From assembly GCA_965222225.1 (NCBI GenBank), contig CBDCTK010000002.1, positions 2,816,001 through 2,880,000 of the forward strand: a DNA stretch of 64,000 nucleotides, given 5' to 3'. Positions within the stretch are counted from its first letter, which is position 1. Every line of letters begins with the position of its first letter. This document shows, in pieces, positions 29,288 to 39,680 of the stretch. This DNA comes from Candidatus Poribacteria bacterium (lineage in GTDB: Bacteria > Poribacteria > WGA-4E > JAJDTR01). The position numbers and the translations under genes were made by a program. The notes under the pieces were generated by a model that did no database searches, was not told where the DNA came from, and saw only the letters and a list, made by a program, of their open reading frames with translations.

Positions 29288-32200
29288 GTGCCAAGCGAAC
29301 AATTTGAACGCATTCAGAAAATCCGGCACGAATTTCATCCGGCGAGCGAGAGAGTTAGAGACAGCCTGAACAGTGCGATTAAACATCTCGCAGACGGGCT
29401 TTATAGCCGAAATCCCCATTTTATCTTTGAGTTAATTCAGAACGCTGAAGACAATACATACGATAATCCTTCGCCTTCTCTCTCGTTTTGTTTGGCGAAA
29501 ATTGATCCGACCGGTACCGATGCAGCCGATGGCGCACTGATTATCGAAAACAATGAAACCGGCTTTACTAGCGAGAACGTGAATGCGATTTGCCAGATCG
29601 GTAAAACAACAAAGGAAAAGGCACAAGGCTATATCGGGGAAAAAGGGATAGGTTTCAAATCGGTCTTTCTCGTGACGGATAGTCCCCACATTTTTTCCAA
29701 CGGCTACCATTTCTGTTTACCTGAGCGCGACGAGGAAACTGGCTTTGGGTACATTGTGCCTCAATGGATTAAGCTGCCGGAAGGATTAGACCCCACTCAA
29801 ACCCATATTATCCTACCGCTAACGAAACCTGATTTTGGTTACGATCAAATTGAAGAAATGCTTCTTGAAATTGAGCCGGAAACCGTCCTTTTTCTTTCAA
29901 AACTGCAAGAAATTCGTATTAAGACGGACAGCGGCACAGATCTTTCAGTGTTAAAAAACGATTCCGCTATGCCGAAAGTTGAAATCCTAGTTGAAGGCAG
30001 GAAACAAGGCAGGTCCTTCTCTAAGGTTGATGAATTCTTAGTATGCACTGAAACCGTTAACAAACCCGAGGATATTCATCATGAAAAACGGAAAGGAATA
30101 GAAAACCGAGAAATTTCAGTCGCTTTTCCGTTAAATGAAAATTCTGCAAGTGCGGGAAAGATTTTTGCCTATTTGCCTGTGCGTTCTGACACGGGGTTTC
30201 CGTTTTTGATTAACGCTGATTTCATTCTTCCGAGTTCCCGCGAGGATATTCAGCAGGATGTATCTTGGAATCATTGGTTGATGGAATGTGTCGCGGACTT
30301 GGTGGCATTTGACGTACTACCTCTCTTAAAAGAGAAGCAACTCTTGACCGCCACCCTGTTGGACACACTTGCACGCAGGCTGTATGAAATTTCATCAGAT
30401 AAAGACGGATTGTATTATCCAATCCACGAGAGGGTATGTACTGCCTTGGCAAATAAAGCGTTTCTTCCAGCGCATGATGGGACGTTTGTCTCTGCGTCAA
30501 ACGCCAAGTTGGCGCGCGGGGATGCCATCAGAAACCTCCTCAGCCACAAGCAGTTAGGTGACTTGCTTGAACCCGCGCATGAACTCAAGTGGCTGTCCGA
30601 TGACATCACCGAAGGTCGCACGCCTGCGCTCCGAATCCTTGTCATGCAACTAGGCGTAGAGGAGGTCCGTCCGCCCTTGTTCGTCAGCAGACTGTCTGAG
30701 CAATTCCTCGCGCAACAATCTGACGAATGGTTTATCAGATTCTACAGATTTTTGTCAGATCACTCTAAAGATTTGCGTTCCCAACTGCCTACCAAGCCTA
30801 TTTTACGCCTTCAAGACGAGACACACGTCACTCCACCACGTGGGGACAGTTCTTCACCAAGCGTATACTTGGCAAGCGAAGCGGATACCGATATGCCGTC
30901 CCGCAAAATTAAGGTGGAGCTAACCCAGGACGAAGAAGTTCGAAACTTTTTGCGGGAGTTAGGAGTGCGGGAAAGGGAGATTGTTGACGATGTCATTGAG
31001 CATATCCTCCCCAAGTATGAATGCGGTAACCGAATAATTCTTGTTGAGGAGCACAGAATCGATTTTGAAAAAATCAAACGTGCATGCAAAACGGACTCGC
31101 AGGCTAATAAGACGCGACTGCAGCAAAGGTTACGGCAAACGCCGTTTGTCCTTGTGGAAAACACGCATGTGGAGAGACCAATATACCGCAAACCAAATCA
31201 ACTCTACTTTGCGTCCGATGAACTACGCTTGTATTTTGCAGGCAATGATTCCCGCGCGTTTGTCAATCTTGATGAATATCCAGATTCTGCACGGGAATTG
31301 CTTCAGGATTTATGCGTAACATGTATCATAAGAGTAGAAAAAAGACCAAGAGATTTCCATGGGCACATCATTTTGTACAGAGAATGGGGGCGGCACGCGA
31401 GAGGACTTGATGGATTCGATCCCGACATACAAGTCGATGGATTGGAACGCGCTTTGATTGACCCAAATGGCCCAAAAAGTGAATTTATCTGGAATTACAT
31501 CGCTAAACCTAATTCTAATTGTATTCGGGGAATCGTGGAGAACTCAACAAACCAGGATTACAGGGGAAGTTCGACAGAAGAACACATATCCGAAGATTTC
31601 GGGCGCCTGTTGATCGAAACAGCATGGTTACCAGATTCTGCAGGAAATATGCGTAGACCGTGCGAACTGACTCTCAATGATCTTCCTGAATCGTTTGAGC
31701 GAGATCCGAACTTAGCGGAAAAACTAGGTTTGAAAAAGGATGAGGTGGCAGAACTCGCGGAAAAAACTGGGATTCCGCTAAAGGTTATCGAAGTTCTGAA
31801 AAAACCGGGAATGTCAGAGAGATTTGAAGAATTTCTGGCGCGAGAGAGCGCAGACCAAGTAGATTCGACTAGCCCAATATCGAGCAATCCGGCGTTCCCA
31901 AAGAGCCCTGTGAAAAACCCAGAACGTCGGGCGGCCATGCTTGCCAAAGAATTGGGAAATTTGCCTGACAAAGAGTATAAGCGAATCTTAAGATCTGTGC
32001 GGGTTCACTCAGCAAGAGAGACTGCCCGCGTACGCTTCAGGATCGAGTATACCAACGATGATGAACAGATGATTTGCCAGATTTGCCAGAAGGAAATGCC
32101 GTTCAAAAAACGTGACGGCGAGCACTACTTTGAAGCGGTAGAGGCTATGAACGAGGAACATGTCACAAAGGAACTCGAAGCCCAGTTTCTAGCCCTGTGT

Positions 32201-32386
32201 CCAGAGTGTGCCGCCAGGTACCAAGAATTCATAAAGAAGGACGAAGTCGCTATGCAGTAAATGATAGACCGATTGATGGCATCAAAAAATTTTCAAGTTC
32301 AATTGCAGCTCGGTGAACTGAATACAAATCTCCGTTTTGTAGAAAAACATTGGCGGGACATCAAGCAGATTTTGGAATCCGCTTAG
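29288..32386 (+). CDS. Sacsin-like GHKL ATPase with a C-terminal HNH-like Zn module; in-frame TAA at 32258-32260 removes the last 41 aa
   Basis: FELIQNAEDN, ENNETGF, IGEKGIGFKSVF, AYLPV and FLINADF; C-terminal CQIC...CPEC. The frame continues MIDRLMASKNFQVQLQLGELNTNLRFVEKHWRDIKQILESA* to 32386. Confidence 0.8.
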
Positions 32387-32520
32387 AACCCGATTAATAT
32401 GTGGCAAAGACATTTCGCTTGATTTGAGAAAGTGTGCACTTTAATGCAAGTGCAAAGATTAAAAGGGGAACCGGAAATTTGATTAGCAGCAATCGTGCCC
32501 TACTGGATTGTGTAAGAAAG

Positions 32521-32550
32521 AAACCGAGTTTTGAGGAAAAAACTCGGTTT
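32521..32550. terminator. Palindrome between convergent genes (AAACCGAGTTTT...AAAACTCGGTTT)
   Basis: 12-bp inverted repeat, same family as 2380 and 17205. Confidence 0.6.
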
Positions 32551-32576
32551 CAGCCTTTTAGTATCGTTCTCCATCG

Positions 32577-33821
32577 CTAACTTTTTGCTGACAGGTCTAC
32601 GCAGACCAGCTCTTTTTGGTTTCGCAGGTAGAGTTTGCCGCCGACAAACGTTGGCGGCGTGAAGCAGCGGCCCTCCAGAAGCTGAGTCTCGGCAACTCCT
32701 TTGTATTCCGACGGATTTGCCTCGGCAATCCCCAAATTGCCGCCCTCTCCAAGAATGATGAGATGACCGTCGGCGAGGAGCAGCGTGCCTCTGTCGAACC
32801 CGCGATGCGCCCACTTTTGTTCGCCGGTCTTCGCCTCAATGCACTTCAAGATAATTTCGTCGAACCCGTACAAGTACTCGCCGAGAAGCACGGACGAACT
32901 CATCCAGTTCTCCATCACGTCGTGGCTCCGCCATACCTCCTCAACGCTCATTTCGTCGCCATCGGATTTCATTTGCAGGAGTACCGACCCCTTATCGTAG
33001 GCGGCGGAGACGAAAATCCGGTCGCCGGGCAAAAGAATTGGCACTGCGGCGTTGATGTCGTTTCCGGAGGGCCACGGGACGTGCTTCCAGTAAATGGTCC
33101 CGTCCGCCGGTGAAACGGAGACGAGTGATTTCCCTGTCAGAAAGATTGCCTGCCGAACGCCGTTGGAGTCGATGACGATGGGCGATGAGTACCCTGCTCC
33201 GTCCGTGTGAGATGTCCAGAGTATAGCTCCGGTCCCCTTGTCAAAGGCGACGATGGATTTCCCATCCTTGCCCCCCGCTTCGATGAGGAGCGAATCGCCT
33301 TCTATGATGGGCGATGTCGAAAATCCGAAACCGGGGATACCGCTCTCAAACTCTGTGACGAAATCGTGTCCCCACACCTTCTCGCCGTTGCCGGCATCCA
33401 AGCCGTAAAGCTTGCCTTTAGCACTGAGCACATAAACCCTATCGCCGTCAACTGCCGGCGTCGAACGGGGCCCACTCCCTTCGCCGGATTGATAGTTGTC
33501 ATCGGTTCGAGAGCGCCAAATTTCCGCCCCGTCCGATGCATCCAGGCAGACGGCGAACTCATCCTCACCCTCCGAGTGCATGGTGTAGATGCGTCCATCG
33601 ACGATCGAGATTCCAGAGTAACCTTCGCCGATTGGGATTCGCCATACGATGTCTGGACCGCCTTCGGGCCAATTCTTGAGCCAACCGGTTTCTTGGGAAA
33701 TGTTGTCGCGGGTGGGGCCCTGCCATTGCGGCCATTCTGCTCCCACCCTGCCGCAGCCTGCGAGTAGAACTGCAACTCCCAACAGTGTGATGAGTAATGC
33801 AAATTGATGGTGTCTGTTCAT
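32577..33821 (-). CDS. PQQ-like beta-propeller repeat protein, secreted
   Basis: Signal peptide, [29 protein letters not shown] repeats and a KLYLRN C-terminus. Confidence 0.9.
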   Translation of the reverse strand: MNRHHQFALLITLLGVAVLLAGCGRVGAEWPQWQGPTRDNISQETGWLKNWPEGGPDIVWRIPIGEGYSGISIVDGRIYTMHSEGEDEFAVCLDASDGAEIWRSRTDDNYQSGEGSGPRSTPAVDGDRVYVLSAKGKLYGLDAGNGEKVWGHDFVTEFESGIPGFGFSTSPIIEGDSLLIEAGGKDGKSIVAFDKGTGAILWTSHTDGAGYSSPIVIDSNGVRQAIFLTGKSLVSVSPADGTIYWKHVPWPSGNDINAAVPILLPGDRIFVSAAYDKGSVLLQMKSDGDEMSVEEVWRSHDVMENWMSSSVLLGEYLYGFDEIILKCIEAKTGEQKWAHRGFDRGTLLLADGHLIILGEGGNLGIAEANPSEYKGVAETQLLEGRCFTPPTFVGGKLYLRNQKELVCVDLSAKS

Positions 33822-34081
33822 GCGTGATTCCTCCCTCTTGATTGAAGAGATTTGTATTGTGTTAGTTGTTGAATTCAAGATGATTAACCTCGTTAAAAGT
33901 TTTGATTATATCAGTGATTCAAAAACCGCGAAAATGTTTAGCGTGTGCAACTATTTTAACCGTTTTTGTGAGGGTTTATCAATCTTTAATTAAACATTTC
34001 GATAACGTTGGCACGAGCGCTAAGGAACGCTGGACGGGATTCCCCGTCAAGGTTGACTTCTTGGGGGCTGTGAATTCCGGA

Positions 34082-34450
34082 TTAATGGTGGGGCGTGAAC
34101 GTTGGACTAACCGGTTTTTTGCGTTCCAATCGTCTTGCTTTCCTCTCCAACGCCTTGGCTTCGGATCTCCACTTTTTCCATGCCTTGCGTCTGGCTGCCG
34201 CCTCCTCTGATGTCATCAAGTTGAGCCTGCCCATGAGTTTTTCAACGGTGGTGGTATCTTCCATCCCTTCAATAAGCAAAGCCGATTCCCGGAACAATTT
34301 GTCGTACTCCGCATCAAGTGCGAGGCGTTTTGCCCAATACTCGTCGTATTCAAGGGGTTGGTTAACGCTGTGTATGGTGAGGCTAACCACCAAGACGGAA
34401 AACGTGATGAAAATAATTGCCGAGGGCCAATTTTTCTTCAAGAAGTTCAT
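34082..34450 (-). CDS. Hypothetical protein with an N-terminal TM helix
   Basis: MNFLKKNWPSAIIFITFSVLVVSLTI followed by a helical charged domain. Confidence 0.6.
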   Translation of the reverse strand: MNFLKKNWPSAIIFITFSVLVVSLTIHSVNQPLEYDEYWAKRLALDAEYDKLFRESALLIEGMEDTTTVEKLMGRLNLMTSEEAAARRKAWKKWRSEAKALERKARRLERKKPVSPTFTPHH

Positions 34451-34623
34451 CGGGCGGTCCGATAATTCAGGGTGGGAACGGGAAATCTCGACTCTGCCGC
34501 TCAGGGTGAGGTTAGCATTAGTCCGGTTGATTGTCAACGATTATCAGTCTATTTGAGGAAGATGCAAGAAGGGCACGCCAAATCCGGTCGAATAATGGTA
34601 ATTCGATCGTGGATATCTACAAA

Positions 34624-34683
34624 GGCTGGTGAGAACTCTATCGCGCGCGCTATTCGCTTGCTTGATCGCAGTGCGCACCCTAC
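34624..34683 (-). repeat. REP (family of 4420/13526/24400) split by a 35-nt micro-element at 34632-34666
   Basis: Minus strand GTAGGGTGCGCACTGCG[ATCAAGCAAGCGAATAGCGCGCGCGATAGAGTTCT]CACCAGCC. Excision restores the 13526 and 24400 sequence exactly. Confidence 0.9.
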
Positions 34684-34755
34684 AATATGTCGTGGGCGGT
34701 AAGAGAAGAAGGGAATCGGGAATTTATGATTGTCGATCGATTTCCGATAGGGTTG

Positions 34756-36852
34756 TTAGTCGGTGTATTGGATTATGCGGGCATCTAACACGGATAGACC
34801 GCGCTCATGAACCTTGACTGGGTTCAGATCGAGTTGGGCGATACTGGGATTTTCTATGAGGAACGTAGAGACGTTTAGCAGCGCGGCGCGGAGAGATTCG
34901 AGGTTCACCGGTTTGCCTCCTCGAATGCCGGTGAGCAACGGAAAGCCTTGAAGCTCCCGAATCATCTGATCCGCGTCATCCGGGTTGATGGGGCAGACCC
35001 TGAAAGAGACATCTCGCATCACCTCGACATAGACACCGCCAAGTCCAAACATCAGCGTTGGTCCGAACGTAGGATCGTTTAAGCCGCCGATAATGACTTC
35101 AACGCCATCGCATTCCTCCATTTTGCTCAGCAGTGCGCCGGTGATTCGAGCGTCCCGCTTGAACTTTCGTGCGTTGGCGATGACTTCGTCAAAGTCTCTA
35201 GCCACAGCGTCGGGAGCATTTAACCCTAACTTCACGCATCCGATGTCCGACTTGTGCAGCACGTCCTCGGAGATTATCTTCAGCGCGACCGGATAGCCGA
35301 TTTCCTCGGCAGCGTCGATTGCGCCCCGCGCTGTTGTGACGTGGCGGTACACCGGGAAGGGCAATCCGGCGGCTCCGAGCATTCGGTTTGCCTGATGTTC
35401 GAGGAGCGGTTTTGTGCGGTCGCTTCCGGGGTTGGGGCACGTTGTGGTCAAACCATCAAAGCATCGTTCAATCTTCGTTGCTCTGTATCGGGCGTACCGA
35501 ACTAACCCCGCCATCGTATTTACGGCGTCGTGGTGATCCATGAATAGCGGTACCCGGTTTTCTCGAAGCGTGTCGAAGGACTTGGAGTCCGCATAGGAGT
35601 AGTAGGTATAGATTAGGAGGGGCTTATCGGTTTTTGCGATGAGAGCAGCCATCTTCTTCGCCGACGATTCCACCTCGGGCGCGACATTCGGATTCAGGAA
35701 ATCCCACCCGGCGAACCCGCCGACAACGATCAATCCGTCAATCTCATCCCCTTCAAGCATAATCTCCGCGACTTCGGGAATCTTCTCCCACATCGCCAAA
35801 TCGACCGGATTGGTCACCTGCCCTATTTCGGGTACAATCTCCTTTATCCGCTCTTGATGTTTGAGGGAGAACGTCGGCAAATCCAGTCCTTTCAAGGTGC
35901 ATGCATCGGCGGTTAAGGCGCAATCGCCGCCGCCCTCGGACAGGATTCCGACGCGGTTCCCTTTCGGCAGTTTGCCGTGACTCAGCGCCAGCAGGAGAGA
36001 GCTGAACTCTATCGCGCTCTCGACCCGCAAAGCGCCGCACTGTTTGAAGGCAGCCTCATAAACCTCGTCTTGCCCCGCGAGGGAGGCGGTGTGACTTGAG
36101 ATGACACGCGCGCCCTGCTCGGTGCGACCGGTTTTCATCACAATGACCGGTTTGACTTTGGTCGTCTCCGCCACCTCATCCAAGAACGTTCTGCCATCGT
36201 TTATCCCTTCAATATGCAGACCGATCGCGTTGACATCGTCATCCTCTCTCAGGAATCGGATAACCTCATGAAATTGAACGTCCGCCTGATTCCCCAAGCC
36301 GATGATGTAGCGGAATCCCAAGCCTCGCTTAATTCCGGGGAACGCAAGCGATCGCGTGAGATTCCCGCTCTGGCCGACCAATCCGACGCCCCCCACCCGG
36401 ATATAGCCCGACAGCAGCCCGTCAAACTTTGCGGGAGCGCTGAAAAAGCCGAGGGTGTTGGGGCCAATGACGCGAATCCCCTTCTCCTTTGCTTGATGGA
36501 CGAATTCGTCTTGGGCAGCTTTGCCAGCTTCGCCGAGCTCCGCAAATCCGCCCGTGAGGAGCATGATGCCTCTGACGCCCTTCTCGACGCACTCTTCAAC
36601 CGAGGTGGCGGCAATCTGTCGGGCGGTCACCACGATTGCCAAGTCGATTTCATCGAGAACATCAAGGATGCTGGGATAGCATTTCAGGTCGAGGATTGAG
36701 TCTGCTCTCGGGTTTATCGGATGAATACGGCCTTGATAGCCGTAGTTTTTCATGATGGAGAGGTAAGTATAACTGAAACTGGTGGGGTTGCGTGAGGCGC
36801 CGATGAGTGCAACGGATTTGGGATTGAGAATATTGCTTAGCGGGTTTGACAT
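34756..36852 (-). CDS. ADP-forming acetate/acyl-CoA ligase (fused alpha-beta)
   Basis: PKSVALIGAS, IGPNTLG, QSG, SHTASLAG, NPVDL, HKSDIG, DPTFGP and LDLNP. Confidence 0.93.
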   Translation of the reverse strand: MSNPLSNILNPKSVALIGASRNPTSFSYTYLSIMKNYGYQGRIHPINPRADSILDLKCYPSILDVLDEIDLAIVVTARQIAATSVEECVEKGVRGIMLLTGGFAELGEAGKAAQDEFVHQAKEKGIRVIGPNTLGFFSAPAKFDGLLSGYIRVGGVGLVGQSGNLTRSLAFPGIKRGLGFRYIIGLGNQADVQFHEVIRFLREDDDVNAIGLHIEGINDGRTFLDEVAETTKVKPVIVMKTGRTEQGARVISSHTASLAGQDEVYEAAFKQCGALRVESAIEFSSLLLALSHGKLPKGNRVGILSEGGGDCALTADACTLKGLDLPTFSLKHQERIKEIVPEIGQVTNPVDLAMWEKIPEVAEIMLEGDEIDGLIVVGGFAGWDFLNPNVAPEVESSAKKMAALIAKTDKPLLIYTYYSYADSKSFDTLRENRVPLFMDHHDAVNTMAGLVRYARYRATKIERCFDGLTTTCPNPGSDRTKPLLEHQANRMLGAAGLPFPVYRHVTTARGAIDAAEEIGYPVALKIISEDVLHKSDIGCVKLGLNAPDAVARDFDEVIANARKFKRDARITGALLSKMEECDGVEVIIGGLNDPTFGPTLMFGLGGVYVEVMRDVSFRVCPINPDDADQMIRELQGFPLLTGIRGGKPVNLESLRAALLNVSTFLIENPSIAQLDLNPVKVHERGLSVLDARIIQYTD

Positions 36853-36865
36853 GCGATTCCGTTAT

Positions 36866-38014
36866 TCATCTTTGCTGGACGGGTGTCTCGTTAGGAATAA
36901 TGTCCACGGGGTATTTCGACAGATTTTCCGCTCCGGACTCCGTGATGAGGTAGGTGTTCTCAATGCGTGCGCCGAGTCGAGCCTCCGGCGTGTATCCACC
37001 GGGTTCGACGCAGACCACATCGCCGACGCGCAAAATGCCTTCGCGGTCACGGTTGAGGTCGGGAGGTTCGTGCATACGGATTCCGATGCCGTGTCCGGCG
37101 TGATGCACCAAGCCGGAATCCGCAAGCGCCGGGTGCTCCCGAATCTGCTCATCAAGCGCACGCCATATTTCAGTGCCCCGCGCGCCGGGCTTGAGCAGCG
37201 ATGGCACGGAATCCTGCACCGCTGCGATGTGGTCAAAGATGGACTGTTGCAGATCGGTCGGCTCACTATCGACAATGAAGGTGCGCGCCAAATCCGACCA
37301 GTACCCTCGGCAGCACGTGTGACCGTCGAGGATATAGAGTTCTCCTCGCTCAATTCGTCGGTTGCGTGCGGGACCGTGTCGTTCTCCGCACTGGTAATCA
37401 CCGTCGTGAAACACTCGCTCCCCTGCCTTGAGCATCGCGCCGCGTTGGCTTTCAGCCAGGACCTCCAACTCGTTCACGCCCGACCTCAGGATAGCCTGTG
37501 CCGCATCATAGGAGGCGAGATTCACTTGCACACTCCACCGGAGCATCTCTAGCTCATCGGGATCTTTGCGGCGCTGCACCTCCGAGATGATACCGTCAAT
37601 TGGAATAGACTCGTTCGGCTGCAGTGCGCTATCTACAGTTTGCCGGAGTAAACTGGAGACGGATTCGATCTGGATTCCAAGCTGTTGAACACGCGCCGTA
37701 TCTTGGAGTTTCAGCTTGACGACGGAATTCAGTTGGCGCATAAGATCGAAGTTCAGCGTATCCAGCTGATGCCATTCGTAGGCGATCCAGTCATCGACGC
37801 ATGAGACCCCGTCATCTGTGTGGGCGACGACCCAACAATCTCCGTCTGCCTCCAGTAACATGAAAACCGGGAAGGTGTCTGGCAGTAGTTTTCCCGTAAA
37901 GTAGTAGACATCGCGGAAATCCATGAACACGGCGGCATCAATGCGCTGCTCGGCGAGTCGTGCTCGAAATCGGTTTTGTCGGTCTAGGCAGCCGTTTTCA
38001 GTTAGTGTAGGCAT
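36866..38014 (-). CDS. M24 family Xaa-Pro peptidase
   Basis: YWSDLART, HHAGHGIG..HE, VEPGGY and RIEN. Confidence 0.9.
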   Translation of the reverse strand: MPTLTENGCLDRQNRFRARLAEQRIDAAVFMDFRDVYYFTGKLLPDTFPVFMLLEADGDCWVVAHTDDGVSCVDDWIAYEWHQLDTLNFDLMRQLNSVVKLKLQDTARVQQLGIQIESVSSLLRQTVDSALQPNESIPIDGIISEVQRRKDPDELEMLRWSVQVNLASYDAAQAILRSGVNELEVLAESQRGAMLKAGERVFHDGDYQCGERHGPARNRRIERGELYILDGHTCCRGYWSDLARTFIVDSEPTDLQQSIFDHIAAVQDSVPSLLKPGARGTEIWRALDEQIREHPALADSGLVHHAGHGIGIRMHEPPDLNRDREGILRVGDVVCVEPGGYTPEARLGARIENTYLITESGAENLSKYPVDIIPNETPVQQR

Positions 38015-38057
38015 CAGTCTATCCTTGGGCGAAATGGCAAGCAAATAGTCTTTATGA

Positions 38058-38266
38058 TAGGGCTTACACAGTTAAACATCTAAGGTTCGCAGTAGGGAAT
38101 TTACTGCCCGTTTCTACACAAAACATTATGGCTGACGGCTTGAAGGCAAGTGAACGACAGATGGACGCGGAATGAATTTCGCTACTACAAGCCTACTGTA
38201 GGAGCGATCTCCCGCGGCAGATGCGCAGTGAATAGCACTATTACGAGCCGAACTGCGTAAGTCCTA
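38058..38266. mobile_element. MITE-like element, 16-bp TIRs (TAGGRCTTACRCAGTT), containing GTAG REPs
   Basis: tagggcttacacagtt (38058-38073) and aactgcgtaagtccta (38251-38266); TA at both ends. Confidence 0.7.
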
Positions 38267-38315
38267 AAAAAGTCGAGTCAGAGTGGACTGAAAGGAAAGT
38301 GCCCTAATTTGTATA

Positions 38316-38345
38316 TTGACAGAGAATCTTGCTAAATCATACTAT
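38316..38345 (+). promoter_or_regulatory. Possible sigma70 promoter for the GGCT gene
   Basis: TTGACA-18 nt-TACTAT. Confidence 0.45.
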
Positions 38346-38411
38346 CAAGGGCACATAAGATTTAGTCATCAAATATTCTGCTTAGCATCAACCAAGTTGA
38401 AAGGAGTGCCA

Positions 38412-38918
38412 ATGGGTACTATAACATATTTTGCATACGGTTCAAACATGTCCGTAAAGAGACTCCAGCAAAGAGTTCGCTCTGCCGAGCCGAAAGAAAG
38501 GGGAGTTCTTCGTTGCCACCGTCTCGCATTTCACAAGGTCAGTAAGGATAAATCCGGCAAGTGCGATATAGTGTCTTCAAAAGAATCCGACGTGGTATGG
38601 GGGCGCTTGTATTACATCAACGGCAAAGAGGAGAAACGCCTAGATCGTCATGAGGGATTGGGAAGCGGTTACGATAAAAAATTCGTTACGGTCGAATTGG
38701 ATTGTGGCTGCACGGTTTGTGCCATGACTTACTATGTTGAGGATGATACGAAGAAAAATCCAAGCTTGAAGCCTTATACCTGGTATAAAAAGCACGTGCT
38801 GGTGGGTGCAAAGGAAGCATGCCTGCCTCCAGACTATATCAAGAAGATAGAAAGAGTTGAAGCCAAAAAGGATTGCGACAAAAAACGTGAGTGGGATGAA
38901 CTTGCGATATACTGCTAG
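38412..38918 (+). CDS. Gamma-glutamylcyclotransferase family protein
   Basis: YFAYGSNM, VWGRLY and LDRHEG motifs. AAGGAG RBS. AT-rich. Confidence 0.9.
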   Translation: MGTITYFAYGSNMSVKRLQQRVRSAEPKERGVLRCHRLAFHKVSKDKSGKCDIVSSKESDVVWGRLYYINGKEEKRLDRHEGLGSGYDKKFVTVELDCGCTVCAMTYYVEDDTKKNPSLKPYTWYKKHVLVGAKEACLPPDYIKKIERVEAKKDCDKKREWDELAIYC

Positions 38919-39019
38919 AGAATTCTCCTTTTGATGCACTTCCCGTTTGCCCAAGCCACGGACGATTTTACCGTCCACAGAGTGCGAGCGGTCATGTACT
39001 GCTAATGTAGGGAATAAAG

Positions 39020-39089
39020 ATCAAGTGACTGAACAGGATTAACTGAGTGGTTAACGAAGGCGATAGAAGATCCCGTGCGATAGAAATCC
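39020..39089 (+). repeat. Micro-element nested inside a micro-element
   Basis: ATCAAGTGACTGAACAGG[ATTAACTGAGTGGTTAACGAAGGCGATAGAAGATCC]CGTGCGATAGAAATCC, within a GTAG REP. Confidence 0.75.
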
Positions 39090-39243
39090 TCTCCGAATCG
39101 CGACCTATTGTCGGGAATCGGAATTCCCTTCTACAGGCGACGCACGTAGGAACGATCGCCGGGGGGCGACCTTCCATCGCGAACAGAGCTCGCTCCTACA
39201 GAAAGTGCACAATATACAATTATTCCCGGTATATGAATTGGCA

Positions 39244-39666
39244 TCAGCTCATAGGCTCAAATTTCGGGATGCTGATTTCAGGCGTAACATCGTCAAAGGT
39301 TACTTGGACGCGCATACCGACTTCCACCGCCGAGGGGTCGATGTTGACGACGTTGGAGATCATGCGTGCGCCGTCATCCAGATCGATAATCGCGTAGACG
39401 TAGGGCACCTCGGACTCGAAACCCTGATGTGCAACTTGGCGGATAATCGTGAAGGAGTAGACGGTGCCAAGTCCGGTTGACTTGATCCAGCCGAGATCCT
39501 CGGATAGACACCGATAGCACATCACGCGCGGGAAGTGGATGACCTCTTCGCAGGCGTTGCATCGCTGCAGAAAAAGTTCGTGCCGCTTCGTCGCTTTCCA
39601 GAACTCTTCCGTCTCGGGCTCGATTGTGGGTAACGGCTTGGTATATTCGACTTCTGTGGACATCAT
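39244..39666 (-). CDS. DUF35 Zn-ribbon/OB-fold protein (ChsH2-like)
   Basis: FW......L.LQRC..C....FPR..C..C, GTVYSFT, PY and VGMRV. Confidence 0.93.
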   Translation of the reverse strand: MMSTEVEYTKPLPTIEPETEEFWKATKRHELFLQRCNACEEVIHFPRVMCYRCLSEDLGWIKSTGLGTVYSFTIIRQVAHQGFESEVPYVYAIIDLDDGARMISNVVNIDPSAVEVGMRVQVTFDDVTPEISIPKFEPMS

Positions 39667-39680
39667 GCTATCTCCTGCCT

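Noticed and set aside
28684-32260. TAA stop-codon reassignment
   Set aside because: TAA terminates many intact genes here (sufB, sufD, sufU, grx), so nonsense mutation is the simpler explanation.
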